This document shows positions 58,917-64,000 of a stretch of DNA of 64,000 bases, in pieces. Position 1 is the stretch's first letter. Each line of letters starts with the position of its first letter. A program made the translations under genes and the position numbers. This stretch comes from Candidatus Heimdallarchaeota archaeon (GTDB taxonomy: Archaea > Asgardarchaeota > Heimdallarchaeia > Heimdallarchaeales > Kariarchaeaceae), in assembly GCA_015523565.1 (NCBI GenBank), contig WAKA01000232.1, positions 25,274 to 89,273 of the forward strand, read 5' to 3'. The notes beneath the pieces are model-generated. The model was not told the origin of the DNA. It made no database searches and saw nothing but the letters and a program-made list of their open reading frames with translations.

Positions 58917-61900
58917 CTAAAGGTTCTGATTATCTGTCAAATCATTGTCTAGTTTCTTTTCTCCTTCCAAATCTGTTTTCTTTTCGTTTTTCTGTTTTGG
59001 ATTGACGTCTCTTCCACAAGATGAGCAAACCGGGATTTTTGAACTGATCAATTCGTCACAATAAGGACATTTCCGTTTAATTTTAATGATTCTAAGGAAC
59101 GTTTCATATCCAAATGAATATGCTTTTGCAAATATCAACGCACTTAATACTCCAACCATTGAAATAGCTAAATCTTCAATTGTAGCAGATTCAATTACTA
59201 TTGTCCTGGCAATAACTACTGGTTTATGGATTTCTGATATCTGTGATAACCCTATTTTTGGCTTGGTTGCATTGATTTGAACTGAATTGGTAATCCCATC
59301 CTTTTCTGCAATCACGAAAAATGTATAATTTCCTGCTGATAATTTGCTTATGTCTAAACTAAATGTATATGGAGAGATGTGCTTTTCAGTTGGATCGATA
59401 AAAACAATGTCATTTATTGAGGGGTCACTCCATTCCAGAGAAACAAATGCGTTTACGGTTCTTGAAAACAGATCATTGACTGCAACTTCAATTTCAATGG
59501 GTGGAATTTCATTATTGACAATATTTGCCTCTTTTACCCTCATTTGCACAGGGTTGGCTATGATCACTAACGAGTTTGGCAATATTGTCAAAGGTCGATG
59601 AATGATTTTAGTTGGGTATAATGACGATTTTACAGTTAATTCCACAGTTACATTTACTGATCTTAATGCAGTATTGTCTCTTCCTTGATTCGAGAAAAGT
59701 GCGTAATTGTTCAACAGAACCAAGTCAGTGTCTCTTAATGTGATTGATGCTTCGCCATCAGCATCCGTGAAAACTTTGTTTTGGATACCTTTTAGTTCTA
59801 AAATCCTATAGCTGATTTCTGCATTCTGTATTGGATTTTGATCCTTGTCAAATGCATTGACCGAGAATGTATATGATTCTGTGGTTCCTTGTGTAATTTC
59901 TAGAATCGAAGGTGAAACGCTCAATTTAATTTGATTTAGCATCACCTGCACAGGGATTACCAAAATCACGCTTTCCAAATCAAAAGCTTTTGCATTCGTA
60001 ATGTTCAAAAACAATGGGATTTCCACAAATTGGGGTATTGGATCTTCATTATAGATTTCAGTCAAATTTATTATGTTGTCCTGAACCATTTGTGAAACAA
60101 TAAATCGTAAATTAAGCTTGCCTGATGAGTCTGTTCTTCCAATCTGTAAATACTTATTCCCAAATGCCTTTGAATTTTCAAAATCAGCCCCTAGTGATCC
60201 TTTAACCTGCAACGAATCAAGTGCCTTGCCATTTTCATCAACAAACCCGATATCTGTTTCAAAAGTTTTATCTGTAATGCTAAACCGCTGTAGGGTTCCC
60301 TCTACCCTTGCCTCACCAAGTGCCCGTATTGTTGTGGTTTGAGAAAGAAGAACAATTCCCTCTGTGGATAATTCAATCGATGGATGATATTCCCCTCGTT
60401 TCTGTATTTCATACAAAAATGGGATATATACCTGTGTACCTTGTGAAAATTGCTCTAAACGAACCTTTTCAGTTGCAACGTACCCAAATTCTGGTATCGT
60501 TATTTTGATGTCAAATGAAAATGGCTTGAAGGGGTCCCACCAAATCCATGTTCCCTGTGAATCAAGAAAATTCAATCCGAGTGTGAGTTGCCCTTCAGAA
60601 CCCACTTTAAGATTTGGCTGTTCAATTACAAGAGCTTCAATTGGAAACATGTCTATGAGGACTGCGTCAATGAAGGTATTGGCAAGAAATACATTTTTCT
60701 CCAATGTTTTGTCATCCACGTCAAATTTATTCGATAAGTCATCCCAATATCCAAAATAAAATCCCCCTTGCTCATCAAAAAATAACTCATGTAAATCATT
60801 TATTCCATTCAATGACCTAATTTTCCAAGACCTCGCAATTTCTATTTCGTCTGGTCTCCTTATCTCCCAATTGACTGAAAGCCGGTTGATTGCAAATATT
60901 GCCGCAACATTGTCTATGTTTATGATTGTCTTTTCACTTGCATTTATATCACTGACATTCACCTTTGAATAAAGTAACGATGACGATCCCGCATCGACAG
61001 AAAACACCCTCAAAATATTTTGCATAAGGTTTCCTGTCAAATCAAGAACTTGGGTCGGAGATAACTTCAATGAGGGGGAATGATAATTCTCTTTCGCATA
61101 GGTATTCAAATGAGATACCAAAAAGCTATTGCCCAACAGATCAACTATTTGGGATGCTTTTCCACTTGTAACATTGTATTCCGATGCAAAAATACCAGAT
61201 GGTAAAATATTTACCCCATTTACAGATGTGATATTGAAATTGGACACTATACGACTAACAACATCGTCCATTATGGTATAATTTCCTTCCCAAAATAATG
61301 TCTCTGCCAAAAGTGCGTAGGATTCAAGAGAGTTAATGTTCGAATAAGATATTGATGCGTAATCATTGGCATCAAATACATCTATGTTTGCATCTTCTGA
61401 ATAATCTACAATTGAAATTGATTCCCTGAAATCTCCGTTTCCAACTTGGAACATAGCTATCATTCTATTGACAATTAAAATCTTGGAATCTAAAAGGCTG
61501 TTGACATCAAATGAAACTCTATTATCCAGACCTTTAGATTGTGTAAACCATATTATCTCATTCATTCCCATAATCATGTAAAGATTGTCGGAAAGATATG
61601 TTACGTAATCTTGTCCTGTCACATTGGATTCGCTGGGTCTAAAGAAAAATAATTGGTTTGTAGGTTCTAGCATTGTACTTTTTGCCAATTGATATAATGA
61701 ATATGCAAGTTCAATGTATTTTGTCATATTTTCTGCAAAGGATTCTTCTGATGCTTGATTAAGTTTTGAAAGCACTTCTGCTGATTTAAGAAGTCCATAG
61801 ATGGAAAGCCCTATGGTTTTTGCAAATCCTGCATTTGCTGCTGTGAAATTTTTTAAACTGGCACTTAATGACTGAAAATTCAAATAATTTTTGTCCTGTA

Positions 61901-62552
61901 AATATTTTTGTGTAGTCAAAATCACATTGATGGGATCTGACTTGAAATTTGTCGTTTTTTCATTCTCTCTTATGCTCCCTGGCGGAAAATGTTGGATGGT
62001 AATGTTTAACATCACGTATTCATTGGGATCGAACTGATAATCGAAAATATCGTTTGCCTGTATAAAGATGAAGTGATCTCCTGTGAATTTAGCAGGGTAA
62101 TCAGTTTGCATTGGAAGATCAAAATCATTGGTTGATTTATAATCTACCCAATAATCATATCCTGGTCCTTGATAGACATCATATGCAACTTCATATTTAC
62201 TTTCATCAACATTATACCCTGATGCAGAATTTATTGTTACTAAGACGGGTGATGTGTCGTTTATATTGTACCTGAAAAAAAGGGATGATACTGTTCCATT
62301 TAATTGAAAGGATTTTGAACCTGTTCTAATCCCGTTTTTTATTGACATTGGAATTTCAATTGCAGTGGAAAAATCATCTCCTATTGCCAAAAATGTATTC
62401 TTTGGTAATTCTGCTTGACCAAATTGTGCAATTTCTTGACTATTTGAATCATTTATTCTTGCAACTGTAATGTTTCCTCTTACAGGAAAAAAGGATGCCA
62501 AAAAAAATGAAGTCAAAAGAAGAACAAAGAAAAATTTGGTTGATTTTTTCAT
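58917..62552 (-). CDS. giant secreted surface protein (1211 aa) with Ig-like region, C-terminal TM and cytoplasmic zinc ribbon
   Basis: Signal peptide. Many N-x-S/T sequons. Big_2/invasin-like stretch (SPSILEITQGTTESYTFSVNAFDKDQNPIQNAEISY). TM, then CPYCDEL...CSSCGRD. Confidence 0.6.
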   Translation of the reverse strand: MKKSTKFFFVLLLTSFFLASFFPVRGNITVARINDSNSQEIAQFGQAELPKNTFLAIGDDFSTAIEIPMSIKNGIRTGSKSFQLNGTVSSLFFRYNINDTSPVLVTINSASGYNVDESKYEVAYDVYQGPGYDYWVDYKSTNDFDLPMQTDYPAKFTGDHFIFIQANDIFDYQFDPNEYVMLNITIQHFPPGSIRENEKTTNFKSDPINVILTTQKYLQDKNYLNFQSLSASLKNFTAANAGFAKTIGLSIYGLLKSAEVLSKLNQASEESFAENMTKYIELAYSLYQLAKSTMLEPTNQLFFFRPSESNVTGQDYVTYLSDNLYMIMGMNEIIWFTQSKGLDNRVSFDVNSLLDSKILIVNRMIAMFQVGNGDFRESISIVDYSEDANIDVFDANDYASISYSNINSLESYALLAETLFWEGNYTIMDDVVSRIVSNFNITSVNGVNILPSGIFASEYNVTSGKASQIVDLLGNSFLVSHLNTYAKENYHSPSLKLSPTQVLDLTGNLMQNILRVFSVDAGSSSLLYSKVNVSDINASEKTIINIDNVAAIFAINRLSVNWEIRRPDEIEIARSWKIRSLNGINDLHELFFDEQGGFYFGYWDDLSNKFDVDDKTLEKNVFLANTFIDAVLIDMFPIEALVIEQPNLKVGSEGQLTLGLNFLDSQGTWIWWDPFKPFSFDIKITIPEFGYVATEKVRLEQFSQGTQVYIPFLYEIQKRGEYHPSIELSTEGIVLLSQTTTIRALGEARVEGTLQRFSITDKTFETDIGFVDENGKALDSLQVKGSLGADFENSKAFGNKYLQIGRTDSSGKLNLRFIVSQMVQDNIINLTEIYNEDPIPQFVEIPLFLNITNAKAFDLESVILVIPVQVMLNQIKLSVSPSILEITQGTTESYTFSVNAFDKDQNPIQNAEISYRILELKGIQNKVFTDADGEASITLRDTDLVLLNNYALFSNQGRDNTALRSVNVTVELTVKSSLYPTKIIHRPLTILPNSLVIIANPVQMRVKEANIVNNEIPPIEIEVAVNDLFSRTVNAFVSLEWSDPSINDIVFIDPTEKHISPYTFSLDISKLSAGNYTFFVIAEKDGITNSVQINATKPKIGLSQISEIHKPVVIARTIVIESATIEDLAISMVGVLSALIFAKAYSFGYETFLRIIKIKRKCPYCDELISSKIPVCSSCGRDVNPKQKNEKKTDLEGEKKLDNDLTDNQNL

Positions 62553-62646
62553 GTTATTATTCTTTTCAACCTTAAATTAAAATTTTGTGAGACCCTCTCA
62601 ATTTTTTAATGAATGACCAACAAAAAAATATTTACTTTGGTTTTCT

Positions 62647-63474
62647 TTAGCTGTTTTTTGCTTTTATTACTTCAAACCATCTTGATAGTGTTCCTTTCTT
62701 CATCCCTTCCCTGGATTCTGGAAGAAAATCTATCTCCTCAAGTGCCTCCAATGCCTTTTCCTCATCCGTTTTTTCAATGACAAGCTTTTCTCCAAGTTGA
62801 ATGACCTTTTCAAGGTATTTCACATATCTATTTATTTCTGTAAGTTCATCAACAACAGAACCATGACCAGGAACTATTTTTTTTGGCTTCATGTCTTGAA
62901 TGGTTTTCATTGCGTTCAACCAATCATATGGGGATGCTGTAGGGTCGCCACCCCATGGATATCTGCCGACAAAAAGATTGTCTCCTGCAAACAATATGTT
63001 TTCAGGAATATACCTGATTAAAATTGAACCCGAAGTATGTCCTCCAGTATGGATGAATTCTACGTTATTGAATTCTTCAGGAACAAATGGATTTGTAGAA
63101 TAAACCCTTGAGGGTGGTGTTGGTCTTAATCCTTCAAAAAGGTCTTTTTGAGGAGAATCTTTGAATCTTTTCAGGAATTCATCTGTCATATAATTTTTTT
63201 CAAAATTCTCTTTTGTCAAGGCATGTCCATACATAGGAACATCATGAAAGATTTGGCTTCCTCCAGTATGATCAAAATGATAATGTGTAAATGCTCCACC
63301 CAGTAGCTTTCCTGTTTTCGTTTTTTCTACAGAAATCCGAATGTCTCTAGCAACTTTTGGGTACATGGACGTATCAATCAAAAAATTACCTGTTTCTGTT
63401 GCAATCAATGCAACATTGCCAACAGTTGATCCATCAGTAATCGCATAAACATCTTCAGACACCTTTTCAAACAT
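62647..63474 (-). CDS. MBL-fold metallo-hydrolase
   Basis: FTHYHFDHTGG (H-x-H-x-D-H), a later GGHTSG and PGHG, as in the glyoxalase II/beta-lactamase-like fold. Confidence 0.7.
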   Translation of the reverse strand: MFEKVSEDVYAITDGSTVGNVALIATETGNFLIDTSMYPKVARDIRISVEKTKTGKLLGGAFTHYHFDHTGGSQIFHDVPMYGHALTKENFEKNYMTDEFLKRFKDSPQKDLFEGLRPTPPSRVYSTNPFVPEEFNNVEFIHTGGHTSGSILIRYIPENILFAGDNLFVGRYPWGGDPTASPYDWLNAMKTIQDMKPKKIVPGHGSVVDELTEINRYVKYLEKVIQLGEKLVIEKTDEEKALEALEEIDFLPESREGMKKGTLSRWFEVIKAKNS

Positions 63475-63601
63475 AGATAGGTGGATTAAAGAAACGATAA
63501 AAATTCTTGCAATGCGGAAAATTTTAGAATTTTTGCTGAAAGAGCTTTCAATTCAGTTAAATGTCTGGTAATTTAAATACTTTGCACAGCTATGGTGCAT
63601 A

Positions 63602-64000
63602 ATGAATGTATTTCCTCAAATGGTAACATGGGAAGAGGCAATTGAACTGATAAAAAAAAATATTTTGCCAATAACAGAGGAATTTCCTATTTCAATAAAT
63701 GATGCCTATGGTCGGGTTTCAAGTAGGGATATCTATTCCCCCATAGATTTGCCAACTTTCCCCATGTCATTGGTGGATGGGTTTGCAGTGGGGGACTTCT
63801 CTGGGAAATGGAAAATAATAGGTGAGGTCAAAATCGGTTATTCACATGACCTTGAAATTGATGAAGGTGAATGTGTCCGTGTGCCAACAGGTGGAATCGT
63901 TCCAAAAGGGGCTGTTGCAGTACTTAAAATTGAAGATGTCAAGCTGACTGATTCTGATACCCAAGGTGATGTGATTTATGAAGGGGAAATTATTGACGGT
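63602..64000 (+). CDS. moeA: molybdopterin molybdenumtransferase MoeA, N-terminal part (runs off window end)
   Basis: Own translation: MNVFPQMVTWEEAIELIKKNILPITEEFPISINDAYGRVSSRDIYSPIDLPTFPMSLVDGFAVGDF... This matches the MoeA N-terminal domain (A-x-G-R-V-l-a-x-D-i...P-x-F-x-x-S-x-M-D-G-F-A-V). Confidence 0.6.
   Translation, partial: MNVFPQMVTWEEAIELIKKNILPITEEFPISINDAYGRVSSRDIYSPIDLPTFPMSLVDGFAVGDFSGKWKIIGEVKIGYSHDLEIDEGECVRVPTGGIVPKGAVAVLKIEDVKLTDSDTQGDVIYEGEIIDG

Noticed and set aside
1-64000. CRISPR arrays, cas genes, toxin-antitoxin pairs, transposases
   Set aside because: Scanned for regularly spaced short repeats and for nuclease or HEPN-like small gene pairs. None were seen. The only repeats are the two gene duplications described.

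Overview
This is an AT-rich archaeal chromosomal segment of roughly one-third G+C by eye (not computed). It is densely coded, with about 60 genes and many 4-nt start/stop overlaps, and uses GGAGGT-type Shine-Dalgarno sites. Archaeal markers are present: an archaeal/eukaryal-type GluRS, ribosomal protein L40e, an intron-containing tRNA-Lys(UUU) lacking an encoded CCA, and an EF-2 family GTPase. Several eukaryote-signature proteins typical of Asgard archaea (Loki/Heimdall-like) are also present: two Rab/Ras-like small GTPases, a two-domain gelsolin-like protein, a longin-like domain fused to a membrane protein, and a 57-aa histone-fold ORF that is missing from the ORF track. Content includes a heme-copper oxidase operon (subunits II and I, plus a second cupredoxin and a ZIP-like metal permease), a MoxR-DUF58-membrane triad, two ABC-2 efflux systems with an HxlR regulator, a heterodimeric ABCB exporter pair, DUF190-CrcB, IorA-like, an orphan C5 DNA methyltransferase, Nnr, two phosphohexomutases and nucleotidyltransferases. 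Two lineage-specific surface-protein islands stand out as the best candidates for something undescribed. The first is a pair of tandem paralogous ~700-aa glycoprotein-like genes bracketed by an FtsX/MacB-like permease and a divergent ABC ATPase. The second is a ~0.9-kb segmental duplication of small secreted proteins whose non-coding 3' flank is better conserved than the coding part and carries a covarying hairpin, lying next to the tRNA and a 1211-aa surface protein. No CRISPR array, transposase or integrase was seen.
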